Below are positions 51,579 to 60,769 of a stretch of 64,000 nucleotides of DNA, piece after piece. The notes beneath the pieces are model-generated. The model worked only from the letters and a program-made list of their open reading frames with translations, was not told the origin of the DNA and did no database searches. Source of the DNA: Nitrospirota bacterium. Lineage in GTDB: Bacteria; Nitrospirota; Nitrospiria; JACQBW01. The position numbers and the translations under genes are program-made. The stretch is from contig JACOTA010000013.1 of assembly GCA_016178585.1 (NCBI GenBank), forward strand, positions 3,183 through 67,182, read 5' to 3'. Each line of letters begins with the position of its first letter. The stretch's first letter is position 1.

Positions 51579-52940
51579 ATGCTCTCCAAAAACGAGAAAC
51601 AGAGACTCATCGAGGGTGATCACAAATATCTGTGGCATCCCTTTACTCAGATGCGGGATTGGTTAAACGAACTCCCTGTGATCATAGAAAGAGGGGAAGG
51701 AATCTTTCTCTGGGATACCGATGGGAATCGATATTTTGACGGATACTCTTCAGTCTGGGTTAACCTCCACGGTCATCGAAGAGAAGAAATCAATCAGGCC
51801 ATTGAATCCCAACTCAATAAAGTCGCTCATTCCACTTTTTTGGGTTTAAGCAATATCCCTGCCGTTCAGCTCGCCGAGAAATTGATTCGTCTTGCGCCAA
51901 TCGGCCTTTCGCGGGTCTTTTATTCGGATAATGGATCGACCGCCGTGGAAATTGCCCTAAAAATCGCCTTTCAATACTGGCACCAAAAAGGCGCAATTTT
52001 TCAGAAAAAAACGAAATTTATTGCCCTCTATAATGGTTATCATGGAGATACCATTGGAACGATGAGCGTCGGAGGAATTCCTCTGTTTCAGAATCTGTTT
52101 AAGTCTTTGTACTTTTCCAGTTACAAAGTCGAGTCCCCTTATTGCTACCGTTGTCCTTTAAATTTAAAGTTTCCCGACTGTCAGATCGCCTGCCTGGATC
52201 CCATGGAAGAGGTTCTCAAAAGCCGCCATGAGGAAATAGCGGCCATTGTCATAGAACCGGGGCTTCAAGCCGCCGGTGGAATGATCGTTCTTCCGCCCGG
52301 CTATTTAACCCGGGTCAGTGAATTGTCGAAAAAATATGGCTGCCTATTGATCGCGGACGAGGTTGCCACCGGGTTTGGAAGAACCGGAAAAATGTTTGCC
52401 TGCAATCACGAAAATGTATCGCCTGATTTAATGGCTGTTGCAAAGGGTTTAACGGGAGGATATCTTCCTCTGGCCGCTACACTGGCCACGGAAGAAATCT
52501 TTGAAGCGTTTTTAGGATCGTATGAAGACTTTAAAACTTTTTTCCACGGGCATAGTTATACGGGAAATCAGCTAGGGTGCGCCGCCGGAATCGCCAATTT
52601 GGAGATTTTTGAGAAGGAAAACACCTTGCAGATTCTGCAAGGAAAAATTCACCAATTCAAAAAAATGCTGGAGCCTCTTTACAACCTGAAGGGGGTCGGA
52701 GATATCCGGCAAATCGGCTTGATTGGAATTATCGAACTGGTTAAAAACAAAAAAACGAAAGAACCTTTCATGTTAAAAGAAAAAAAAGGTATGAAGGTCT
52801 GTCAGGAGGCCCGAAAAAGAGGCCTTTTAATTCGGCCTCTGGGGAACATTCTTGTTTTAATGCCCCCCTTATCCGCTTCTCCCGGCCAGTTGCATGAAAT
52901 AATCAGCATTTTGGGGGAATCTATAAGAACAGCCATTTAA
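51579..52940 (+). CDS. bioA: Adenosylmethionine-8-amino-7-oxononanoate aminotransferase
   Basis: Class III aminotransferase. N-terminus HKYLWHPFTQM, PLP-Lys region. Confidence 0.8.
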   Translation: MLSKNEKQRLIEGDHKYLWHPFTQMRDWLNELPVIIERGEGIFLWDTDGNRYFDGYSSVWVNLHGHRREEINQAIESQLNKVAHSTFLGLSNIPAVQLAEKLIRLAPIGLSRVFYSDNGSTAVEIALKIAFQYWHQKGAIFQKKTKFIALYNGYHGDTIGTMSVGGIPLFQNLFKSLYFSSYKVESPYCYRCPLNLKFPDCQIACLDPMEEVLKSRHEEIAAIVIEPGLQAAGGMIVLPPGYLTRVSELSKKYGCLLIADEVATGFGRTGKMFACNHENVSPDLMAVAKGLTGGYLPLAATLATEEIFEAFLGSYEDFKTFFHGHSYTGNQLGCAAGIANLEIFEKENTLQILQGKIHQFKKMLEPLYNLKGVGDIRQIGLIGIIELVKNKKTKEPFMLKEKKGMKVCQEARKRGLLIRPLGNILVLMPPLSASPGQLHEIISILGESIRTAI

Positions 52941-52968
52941 TGATTTAATAAAAACCCCTGTTAAAAAG

Positions 52969-53535
52969 TTATTTCTTTTTAATATCCTGAGAATGATAAT
53001 GCCTGAGATAACTCCGGGTAAGGTTTTTGGGGTCAACGTTTAAATATTTGGCGTATTCTGAAAGATAACTTTTTAAATAGACCTCAGCGGGAAAATTTTT
53101 AAATTGGTTTTCCTCAATTGCCACCAAATAATTCACTCCGATCCGGGTGTGTGACACCAGGTTCTGCAAGCTAATTCCCTTTTGCTCACGGAGATTTTTT
53201 AAAAAAGAACCTGTTATTGAATCGGGAAACGAAATCGGCGTTTTGAGTTCAGACTCTTTCTGAACCGGAGCCCATGGATCAGGAGAATCTGATCCTCTCG
53301 CAAGAAAGATATCATAACTTTTCCTCCGGTCAAAATCAGACAAAATGTGGTAAGCTTCCTCGATTTTCAGCCAGATGGCGGCTCTTTCTTCCTCGGAGAA
53401 AAGCGAGAGCGTTGCGAGGTTCTTTTCTCCAAAAGTCTTTTTTGCTAAAAAATAAGCGGTTTTAATCTGCTTTAAAGTCGCATCCTGCGGGACTTCGAGC
53501 AGCTCGTAATAATTAGAATCCTGGTATCTGTTCAT
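52969..53535 (-). CDS. J-domain-like protein lacking HPD, with C-terminal XRE-type HTH
   Basis: YYELLEV...AYHILSD..RRKSYD J-fold without an HPD tripeptide. C-terminal HTH GISLQNLVSHTRIGVNYLVAIE. Confidence 0.5.
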   Translation of the reverse strand: MNRYQDSNYYELLEVPQDATLKQIKTAYFLAKKTFGEKNLATLSLFSEEERAAIWLKIEEAYHILSDFDRRKSYDIFLARGSDSPDPWAPVQKESELKTPISFPDSITGSFLKNLREQKGISLQNLVSHTRIGVNYLVAIEENQFKNFPAEVYLKSYLSEYAKYLNVDPKNLTRSYLRHYHSQDIKKK

Positions 53536-53541
53536 CCATTC

Positions 53542-53616
53542 TATTCAGGGGCCTTCGCAAACGACGCTCAATGCCCCCGAACCCCGCGTTCCGCACTGGC
53601 AAAGCCAGTTGCTTCA
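53542..53616 (-). repeat. F1 element, copy 6a
   Basis: First unit of a tandem pair. Confidence 0.8.
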
Positions 53617-53623
53617 TCCATTC

Positions 53624-53794
53624 TATTCAGGGGCCTTCGCAAACGACACTCAATGCCCCCGAACCCCGCGTTCCACTCGGTCTAACTACGACCATTCCAA
53701 AGTCCGTCTCGGTCTAACTACGACCATTCCAAAGTCCGTCTCGGTCTAACGACGACCATTCCAAAGTCCGTCACTGGCAAAGCCAGTTGCTTCA
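53624..53794 (-). repeat. F1 element, copy 6b with three tandem 32-bp sub-modules (53678-53773)
   Basis: Second tandem unit. CGGTCTAACTACGACCATTCCAAAGTCCGTCT repeated three times. Confidence 0.8.
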
Positions 53795-54754
53795 CTGGAC
53801 TAAAAAGTCAAAACTTAGCTGTTCTTTTTTTAATAAGTTATGCGATATTCGATTAATCCCCTGCGCCGAAGTGGAATAGGGATATTCGAGCATCAGCGGA
53901 CGGCTCATTTTCGTTGCCCTCCATACCGAATCATCATATTCGACATAGCCTACATATTCTATCTGAATTCCAAAATATTTGGAACAGGAACTACGCATCG
54001 AAAAACCGAGCGCGATATCATCTTTTGACCGTACCTGGTTAACGATGATTTTAGGTTTGAAATTATAAATCTGTTCCTTTAATGTCCTTCCGACTTCAAA
54101 ATCGATTTTTTCCACCTGTTCGATTAAATCAAAAGGAGTTCGAATTCCCAGGTCATTTTTCTGGTCCATCGCCTGCGTAATAACGGCTTTAATCGCGGGA
54201 TCTTTGACAACTTTTTTAAACCGCCTGTAAAAAGAACTTTTGATAAACCGATAAACGTTTTCGATGGACGTCGGCTCCGGGAGGACCGTCAAAATTCCGA
54301 CATCCGAAATCAGAAAAAAATCCAAAATATTAAAAGAAGTTCCCGCCCCCAAATCAAGAATGATGTACTCAAAATCGAGTTCCTGAATCTGCCGGATAAG
54401 CTTCATTTTTTCGCGATATTTTGGATTCGCGATTTCCAAAAAATCCTGGGCCCCGCTGATTAGCGATAAATTGGGTATTTGCGTTTCGAGCAAAACTTCA
54501 TGGATGGACTTTACTTTTCCCCGTATAAAATCCGAAAGGGTGGCCCCTTTCACGGAAATTCCCAAACAGGTATGAAGATTGGCGCAGCCTAAATCCGCGT
54601 CAATTAAAATGACTTTTTTCCCTAATCGGGTGAGAGAAATCGCAAGGTTTCCGGATAAGAAGGTCTTTCCGGTTCCTCCCTTTCCTCCGCCAACGGCCCA
54701 GATTTCCCGGTTTTGCGCTTTTAATTTACCTTTAAGGATATCGACTGAAGACAT
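53792..54754 (-). CDS. MinD/ParA-family P-loop ATPase
   Basis: Deviant Walker A GGGKGGTGKT. 320 aa. Confidence 0.7.
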   Translation of the reverse strand: MSSVDILKGKLKAQNREIWAVGGGKGGTGKTFLSGNLAISLTRLGKKVILIDADLGCANLHTCLGISVKGATLSDFIRGKVKSIHEVLLETQIPNLSLISGAQDFLEIANPKYREKMKLIRQIQELDFEYIILDLGAGTSFNILDFFLISDVGILTVLPEPTSIENVYRFIKSSFYRRFKKVVKDPAIKAVITQAMDQKNDLGIRTPFDLIEQVEKIDFEVGRTLKEQIYNFKPKIIVNQVRSKDDIALGFSMRSSCSKYFGIQIEYVGYVEYDDSVWRATKMSRPLMLEYPYSTSAQGINRISHNLLKKEQLSFDFLVQ

Positions 54755-54813
54755 TTGACATATTTGTATAATAACCTCATTATTTTTTCAAGCACTTTAA
54801 AAAATGTTGTATA

Positions 54814-55713
54814 ATGCGGCAGATGCGACTGAATTCGTTAAAAACCCTCTTGATTGTTAACCCCAATTCAGGTCCCCTTCATAAAAGAAGAGCTATCCCC
54901 CGGGTCATTTCTTACCTTCAAGATTACCTTCCTGAACTCGAAATTGTATTTACTCAAAAAAGCGGAGACGCCGCTGCTCTGGTCAAAAACAGCCTCCTTA
55001 AAAAAGTTGAGCTGGTCTTTTGTGCCGGCGGAGACGGAACCATTAATGAGGTGGCCAACCAACTCTACGGTACGGCCGTCTTGCTGGGTATTATTCCGGT
55101 TGGGACTGGAAACGGGTTGGCGAGGGAGATAGGGCTTTCCCTTGATCCGATAAAGGCCGTCGATCAGGTTCTTAACGGCAAGGTCATTCCGGTCTATCCT
55201 GGAACGATTAATGACCATAGATTTTTTCTGGTTTCCGGCGCAGGTTTTGACGCGTTCGTCTCTTATCAAACAGACTTCCACCACCCCCGGCTTAAAAAGA
55301 TAACCGGTTTTCTTTCCTATATCATGGTAGGAATTGCCGTTGGGTGGAAATACCCTTTTTCTCCCATAACCGCCAGAATTGACGGAAAACCCTGCCGGTG
55401 TTACGGATTACTCGTGATGAAGGCAAAAGCTAAAATTGGACCTTTCACCCTGGCCGGCACTCTTTCGTTGCAGGAAAGTCAAATGGGGGTTTTTGTTTTT
55501 ACCAAAAAAGGAATTTGGAGCATCGCCAGGTTTTTCTTTGCGTTTTTATTCCGTTGTCACATGACACTTTCGGAAACCCCGTTTATCTTTTTCAGTCAAT
55601 TAGAAGCCGAGTCCGAAACGCCGGTCCCCGTGGAATTTGACGGCGAACAGGCAAAACCGCTTCCAACCACCTGGGAGCAATCAAAAAAACATGTCCTTTT
55701 GATTTACCCTTAA
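54814..55713 (+). CDS. Diacylglycerol-kinase-catalytic-domain lipid kinase (YegS/BmrU-like)
   Basis: Motifs LIVNPNSG and GGDGT. Confidence 0.7.
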   Translation: MRQMRLNSLKTLLIVNPNSGPLHKRRAIPRVISYLQDYLPELEIVFTQKSGDAAALVKNSLLKKVELVFCAGGDGTINEVANQLYGTAVLLGIIPVGTGNGLAREIGLSLDPIKAVDQVLNGKVIPVYPGTINDHRFFLVSGAGFDAFVSYQTDFHHPRLKKITGFLSYIMVGIAVGWKYPFSPITARIDGKPCRCYGLLVMKAKAKIGPFTLAGTLSLQESQMGVFVFTKKGIWSIARFFFAFLFRCHMTLSETPFIFFSQLEAESETPVPVEFDGEQAKPLPTTWEQSKKHVLLIYP

Positions 55714-56184
55714 ATGAAAGAGACCTTTATGTCCCGGTTTTTTTATCTCCTCCTTTTTTATCTGTTTATTGCCCTGGGCCGGCCTGTCGATGCCTCGCAA
55801 ACGGCCAACATTGATCAAAAAAAAATCAGCATTATCCTCCCGGGGGGTGAAAAAATCGAAGCCGTCGTCGCGGACACGACCACGGCACGATCCACCGGGT
55901 TGATGGGGCGTTCCCGCCTCGGCCTGAATGAAGGAATGCTTTTTTTATTTAAAACCACAGAACCTCATTTGATGTGGATGAAGAACATGTTAATCCCGAT
56001 CGATATTATCTGGTTGAATGAAAAAAAGGAAATAATCGAAATCGTTCAATCGGCCCCGCCCTGTTCGAACGATCCGTGCGAGGTCTTCGGACCGGAACTT
56101 CCTTCACGTTATGTCTTAGAAATAAAAGACGGATCGTCTAATTTACTGCATCTCCAGAAAGGCCTAACGCTCAAATTCCCTTGA
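55714..56184 (+). CDS. DUF192 family protein
   Basis: Signal peptide. Motifs LMGR...GMLF and IPIDIIWL. Confidence 0.6.
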   Translation: MKETFMSRFFYLLLFYLFIALGRPVDASQTANIDQKKISIILPGGEKIEAVVADTTTARSTGLMGRSRLGLNEGMLFLFKTTEPHLMWMKNMLIPIDIIWLNEKKEIIEIVQSAPPCSNDPCEVFGPELPSRYVLEIKDGSSNLLHLQKGLTLKFP

Positions 56185-56313
56185 TTGTCTGAATTTTGTT
56201 GTGCTAGGATATGCCATTACCATTACCTCTTAATATGATAGACCTATATCAATTTTCAGCAACAACACCTGTTTACAAAGTAAATCATCGACAGGATTCA
56301 TAAGGAATAATTT

Positions 56314-56757
56314 ATGTCTTTTTTTAAACGCCGTCTAAAGTTTCGCCCAACCCTTTCCACGCCTTCCTGGTGGAAAATGGTCCTCAATAAAATAAGACGG
56401 ACCTACCTCTGTTACTTTAACCCTGACTATGTCAAAGAAGCTGAAGCCACTCGAGTCGGAGAGTGCGTCGGTTGCGGAAAGTGTTGCACCCTGGTTTTTA
56501 AATGTGTCTTTCTGGAAGGATCGGAAGAACAGTCTCGCTGTAAAATTTATGATATCGGCAGACCTAAACCCTGCGGGGCATTTCCCATCGATCCAAAAGA
56601 TTTAGCGGATGTCAATTTCCTGTGCGGTTACTCCTTTGTCAGTTCTAGGGAAACCAAACCTACTATAACGGGTGTCCCTCCTTTTGAAATTAACCCTTCC
56701 CTCGAACCTGCTTTTTCTTTAATCCGAAAGATTGAGGTGAACCTGATTAATGAGTAA
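56314..56757 (+). CDS. YkgJ-family (CxxCxxCC) putative Fe-S/zinc protein
   Basis: Motifs CVGCGKCC and CKIY...PCGAFP. Confidence 0.6.
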   Translation: MSFFKRRLKFRPTLSTPSWWKMVLNKIRRTYLCYFNPDYVKEAEATRVGECVGCGKCCTLVFKCVFLEGSEEQSRCKIYDIGRPKPCGAFPIDPKDLADVNFLCGYSFVSSRETKPTITGVPPFEINPSLEPAFSLIRKIEVNLINE

Positions 56758-58162
56758 TGCTATGGAATTACATCAATCTATTGACCATTTATATCGCCAC
56801 TTTTCGGATATTTTAAAAGTTGATCAGGAGGGTTTGACGCTATTAGACAAATCAAGGTTTATTGAAGAAGCCCTTGATTCGCTTGTTTACCAGGCTGTTT
56901 TCAATCCTGATAAAAAAGTAAAGGGGACCGCGCGCTGGCTCCTCAAAAAAGCGGCGTGCGAATTAAAAGCAATCCCTTCCTCTATTCAAAACCTTTATGA
57001 AGCGATGGGAAATCAAAAAGAAGGCGGGTACACCGTCCCCGCGATTAATATTCGAGGCCTGACTTACGAGGTTGCGCGGGCTATTGTTCGGGCCGCCAAA
57101 AAGAACCACTCTGGAACTTTTATCTTCGAAATCGCAAAATCTGAAATCGGATACACCAAACAGAGCCCGAGCGAATTTGCCGTTGTCATTTTAGCCGCCG
57201 TTATGAGAGAACGATACGAAGGCCCGGTTTTTATTCAGGGCGATCACTTTCAAGCCAATGCCAAAAAATATCTTGAAGATCCAAAAGAAGAGGTAGCCGG
57301 GCTTAAAACCTTGATTAAAGAGGCGATCGAAGCCGGTTTTTATAACATCGACATCGACTCCTCAACCCTGGTCGATTTAAACAAACCCGCGATAAAGGAA
57401 CAACAAAGAGTCAATTTTGAACTGGCCGCGGAGTTAAGCAATTATATTCGTTCCCTCGAACCGAAAGGCGTAACCATTTCAATCGGGGGAGAAATCGGCG
57501 AAGTCGGAGGAAAAAACAGCACCGTTGAGGAATTAGAAGTTTATATGGATAATTACCTTGACGTTCTGATAAATCGGTATCATCGAAAAACAGGAATCAG
57601 TAAAATCAGCATACAGACAGGCACATCCCATGGGGGAATTCCCCTGGCAGATGGAACAATCGCGAAAGTTAAACTCGATTTCGAAACGTTGAAAAGTCTG
57701 TCAAAAATCGCCAGGGAAAAATATCATATTTCCGGAGCGGTTCAGCACGGCGCCTCTACGTTGCCCGATGAGGCCTTTGATCGTTTTCCGGATACCGGAA
57801 CATCTGAAATTCATCTCGCCACGGGGTTTCAAAACCTGATGTACGACCACCCAAAATTCCCTCCCGCCTTAAAAGAAGAGATTTATCAATACCTTCGGAC
57901 CAATTTAAGCGAGGAGAAAAAACCGAACGAAACGGATGAACAATTTATTTATAAAACCCGGAAAAAGGGATTTGGCTTCTTTAAAAAACAGATCGCAAAC
58001 CTTCCAGAAGAAGCCAAAGAAAAGATCGGAAAAGCTTTAGAAGATAAATTCGACTTTCTTTTTAAAAAATTAAAATCTATCGATACCTACGACCAGGTCA
58101 AAAAAATCATCCCTTTAGTGACGGTACCTCCCTCTTTGGAATCCGAGATTCAGCGAAGTTAG
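56750..58162 (+). CDS. Class II fructose-bisphosphate aldolase family protein (long form)
   Basis: Motifs PAINIRG, IQGDHF and TGTSHGG. 470 aa. Confidence 0.6.
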   Translation: MSNAMELHQSIDHLYRHFSDILKVDQEGLTLLDKSRFIEEALDSLVYQAVFNPDKKVKGTARWLLKKAACELKAIPSSIQNLYEAMGNQKEGGYTVPAINIRGLTYEVARAIVRAAKKNHSGTFIFEIAKSEIGYTKQSPSEFAVVILAAVMRERYEGPVFIQGDHFQANAKKYLEDPKEEVAGLKTLIKEAIEAGFYNIDIDSSTLVDLNKPAIKEQQRVNFELAAELSNYIRSLEPKGVTISIGGEIGEVGGKNSTVEELEVYMDNYLDVLINRYHRKTGISKISIQTGTSHGGIPLADGTIAKVKLDFETLKSLSKIAREKYHISGAVQHGASTLPDEAFDRFPDTGTSEIHLATGFQNLMYDHPKFPPALKEEIYQYLRTNLSEEKKPNETDEQFIYKTRKKGFGFFKKQIANLPEEAKEKIGKALEDKFDFLFKKLKSIDTYDQVKKIIPLVTVPPSLESEIQRS

Positions 58163-59172
58163 GTTTGGTATTTTTTGATAAAGGCTTCGTACCTTAGAAC
58201 TTCTTCACGGTTTCCGATAATTAAAGGAACCCTCTGGTGAAGGGTTTCCGGTTGAATATCCAAAATTCTTTCTGTACCGGTGGACGCATAACCCCCGGCC
58301 TGTTCCGCGATAAACGCAAGGGGGGCCGCTTCAAAAAGGAGCCTCAACTTCCCGGTGCTTCTTTTCGGGTCTTTATGATCCACGGGATAAAGAAAAATTC
58401 CACCCTTGATCAAATTCCGATGAAAATCAGCCACCAATGCCCCGACATAACGCGCGTTGTAAGGTCTTTGTGTTGCCGGGTCGACCGACTTGACATAGCT
58501 GACATATTCCTGGGTCGCCCGGTCCCAATAATGATGATTTGATTCGTTAATACTGTAAATCGTACAGCGTTCAGGACACTTCATATCTTCATGCGAAAGA
58601 AGAAATTCCCCTAAGGCCTGGTCTAAGGTAAACCCATGCACACCCTGTCCGGTGGAATAAACCAACATCGTGGAGGATCCATAAACGAGATAACCTGCGC
58701 CCACCTGGAGAGAGCCTTTCTGCAGGCTGTCTTCTTCGGTCCCCGTTTTACCAACAGAAACTTTCCGATGAATGGAGAAAATCGTGCCGATCGGCAAATT
58801 GGCATCAATATTGGAAGAACCGTCCAGCGGATCAAGATTAACGGCATACTTACCCGACATTTGATCAGATTCCATGCAAATACATTTTTCGTCTTCCTCA
58901 GACCCAAACGTGCAGACTCTTCCGTTTTTTTCAAATAATTTGAAAAAAACAGAATTGGCAAAAATGTCGAGCTTTTGCACTTCCTCGGCCTGAATATTCA
59001 TTTTTCCGGTTGATCCCATAATATCGACCAGACCCGCCCTGTTGACCTCCCTGGACAGAATCTTTCCCGCCAGGGCGATATCATAAAGCAAATCTGAAAG
59101 ATCGCCTGTCGATTCCGGAAATTTCCTTTGCTGCTGAATGATATGCTGTTCAATCGTTACCATAGACCACAC
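58159..59172 (-). CDS. fbp: Fructose-1,6-bisphosphatase class 1
   Basis: Motif DPLDGSSNIDANLPIGTIFSI. Confidence 0.85.
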   Translation of the reverse strand: MWSMVTIEQHIIQQQRKFPESTGDLSDLLYDIALAGKILSREVNRAGLVDIMGSTGKMNIQAEEVQKLDIFANSVFFKLFEKNGRVCTFGSEEDEKCICMESDQMSGKYAVNLDPLDGSSNIDANLPIGTIFSIHRKVSVGKTGTEEDSLQKGSLQVGAGYLVYGSSTMLVYSTGQGVHGFTLDQALGEFLLSHEDMKCPERCTIYSINESNHHYWDRATQEYVSYVKSVDPATQRPYNARYVGALVADFHRNLIKGGIFLYPVDHKDPKRSTGKLRLLFEAAPLAFIAEQAGGYASTGTERILDIQPETLHQRVPLIIGNREEVLRYEAFIKKYQT

Positions 59173-59181
59173 TCTCCATTT

Positions 59182-59916
59182 TCAGGATGAAATAAGGTGA
59201 CACGCCTTTGCAACTCCGTCACGGTATGCCAACCAGAGGTCCAGGGTATTCTGAATCAGGCTTTTGATCTTTTTCTGTTTGAGAGACGTATCGACATAAT
59301 CGAGAACCATTTTCCAGGCGGCTTTCCGATGGCCCCGTTCAACAAGATTGTGAGCTCTAACCAAATCCATATCTTTTGGATTCACACCATGAGTTTTAAC
59401 CAAAGGGTGTATTAAAATCGTGTTTTCAATATCCTGGTGCGAGGTCTGACCTGAAGATTGAATTTCCTGCCGATCCTTTACACTTCCCTCTACAAAAATG
59501 GCAATGACTGCAGCCGCTTCATACCATACGCCATCGGAGGTGACCTCGTCCAGCCAATTCCGGTATTTTATACTCTCCGGAAGCATTTCGACATTTTGAA
59601 ATTCCAAAGGATCAAAACCTAAACCCGTCATCATTTGGAGAAACAAAACAGGATGCGGACCCGTTTTAGAAAGCCCTCCTGTTTCTTCTTCGTAAATGTT
59701 TTCCGCGAGGTCATGACGAACGTCTGTGGGGGGACCTTTACTGTAAATCCGGCTCAAAAAAATGGGAAAATCCCGCACGTAAACACGATATTCCTGTTTA
59801 AAATGAGTTTTCAACTGATCTTTTGAAATCTTTTCCTGGGAAAAGAACTTCCATGCCCAATGGTCTTTTTGATCCATTAGAGACAGAAGCTCTTCTTTAA
59901 ATTGAGAGTCAGCCAT
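59182..59916 (-). CDS. TenA/PqqC/CADD-like heme-oxygenase-fold protein
   Basis: 244 aa helical protein with a conserved E/H pattern. Family assignment is tentative. Confidence 0.4.
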   Translation of the reverse strand: MADSQFKEELLSLMDQKDHWAWKFFSQEKISKDQLKTHFKQEYRVYVRDFPIFLSRIYSKGPPTDVRHDLAENIYEEETGGLSKTGPHPVLFLQMMTGLGFDPLEFQNVEMLPESIKYRNWLDEVTSDGVWYEAAAVIAIFVEGSVKDRQEIQSSGQTSHQDIENTILIHPLVKTHGVNPKDMDLVRAHNLVERGHRKAAWKMVLDYVDTSLKQKKIKSLIQNTLDLWLAYRDGVAKACHLISS

Positions 59917-59924
59917 CCAGAAGG

Positions 59925-60209
59925 TTAAGCCGGGGAAGAATCTGACGACGGTTTGGGCACTTCTTTTTTGGCCGAATCGGGCGAAATTTTCAAAGGAGGA
60001 GAGGAGGATACCGCCGGTTGAGCGGCCGGAGCTGCCGCAACCGCTTTGGGCTGTTCAGGGGCCTTTGCTGTTGCAGATGGATCGACAATCTCTTCTTTAT
60101 AAACTTCGATAATGCTGTCTAATTTAATATTTTTGGCTTCAAGCGCTTTTTTGATATCAAGCAGTTTTGCATCGGTAACTTTTACAACAAAATTTATTTT
60201 TTTCGCCAT
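59925..60209 (-). CDS. Hypothetical protein (94 aa, low-complexity Pro/Ala/Ser tail)
   Basis: ORF with an AGGA RBS. Confidence 0.4.
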   Translation of the reverse strand: MAKKINFVVKVTDAKLLDIKKALEAKNIKLDSIIEVYKEEIVDPSATAKAPEQPKAVAAAPAAQPAVSSSPPLKISPDSAKKEVPKPSSDSSPA

Positions 60210-60231
60210 TCCTAAAATTCCTTTTCGATTA

Positions 60232-60359
60232 TATTCAGGGGCCCGTGCGGAGAAATGATTAAAACCATATGTCCGCTACGGGATCGCTCCCAAAGCAGGC
60301 TCGGAGGCTCCAAATGCCCCCGAACCCCGCGTTACGGACTGGCAAAGCCAAGTGCTTCA
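60232..60359 (-). repeat. F1 element, copy 7 (upstream of the 94-aa gene)
   Basis: Same conserved ends. TATAAT lies 3 nt upstream in transcript sense. Confidence 0.8.
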
Positions 60360-60624
60360 CTTTATTATACCCCTTTTGCTTTCAAGTCTAGCATGGAAAC
60401 TTATCAAAAAAAGCCTCTTTAAGTCAAGTTAAATCAATGACTTATTGTAATCCTTCAGTGAAACGGGGCGATACACACGAAAGGGCCTGGTGTGACCTGA
60501 ACGGAGACTTCGGCGAAGTTTGTTGATCCCTCCATAATGTAAAGTCCAGAAATGAGGATAACTTCGTCGGCGTCGGAGAGACGGTCATTCCAGGTCCTTG
60601 AAAACCCTTGACTGAATGGTTCCC

Positions 60625-60760
60625 AAGAACAGAGTTAGAAAGCTGTCATTGCGAACAAAGTGAAGCAATCTCAAGACTTTACGATAAGATTGCCACGCAC
60701 CCTTCGGTGCTCGCAATGACATGATTAATAAGTGGGTGCGAAGTCTATCGCTGGTCTAGG
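60625..60760 (+). repeat. 137-bp element, copy C
   Basis: One mismatch to copy B. Confidence 0.9.
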
Positions 60761-60769
60761 GTTGGCATA

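Noticed and set aside
53678-53773. Three tandem 32-bp direct repeats as a possible mini-CRISPR array.
   Set aside because: The repeats are contiguous with no spacers, no cas genes are nearby, and the same 32-mer is a sub-module of the F1 element family. This is a tandem expansion, not CRISPR.
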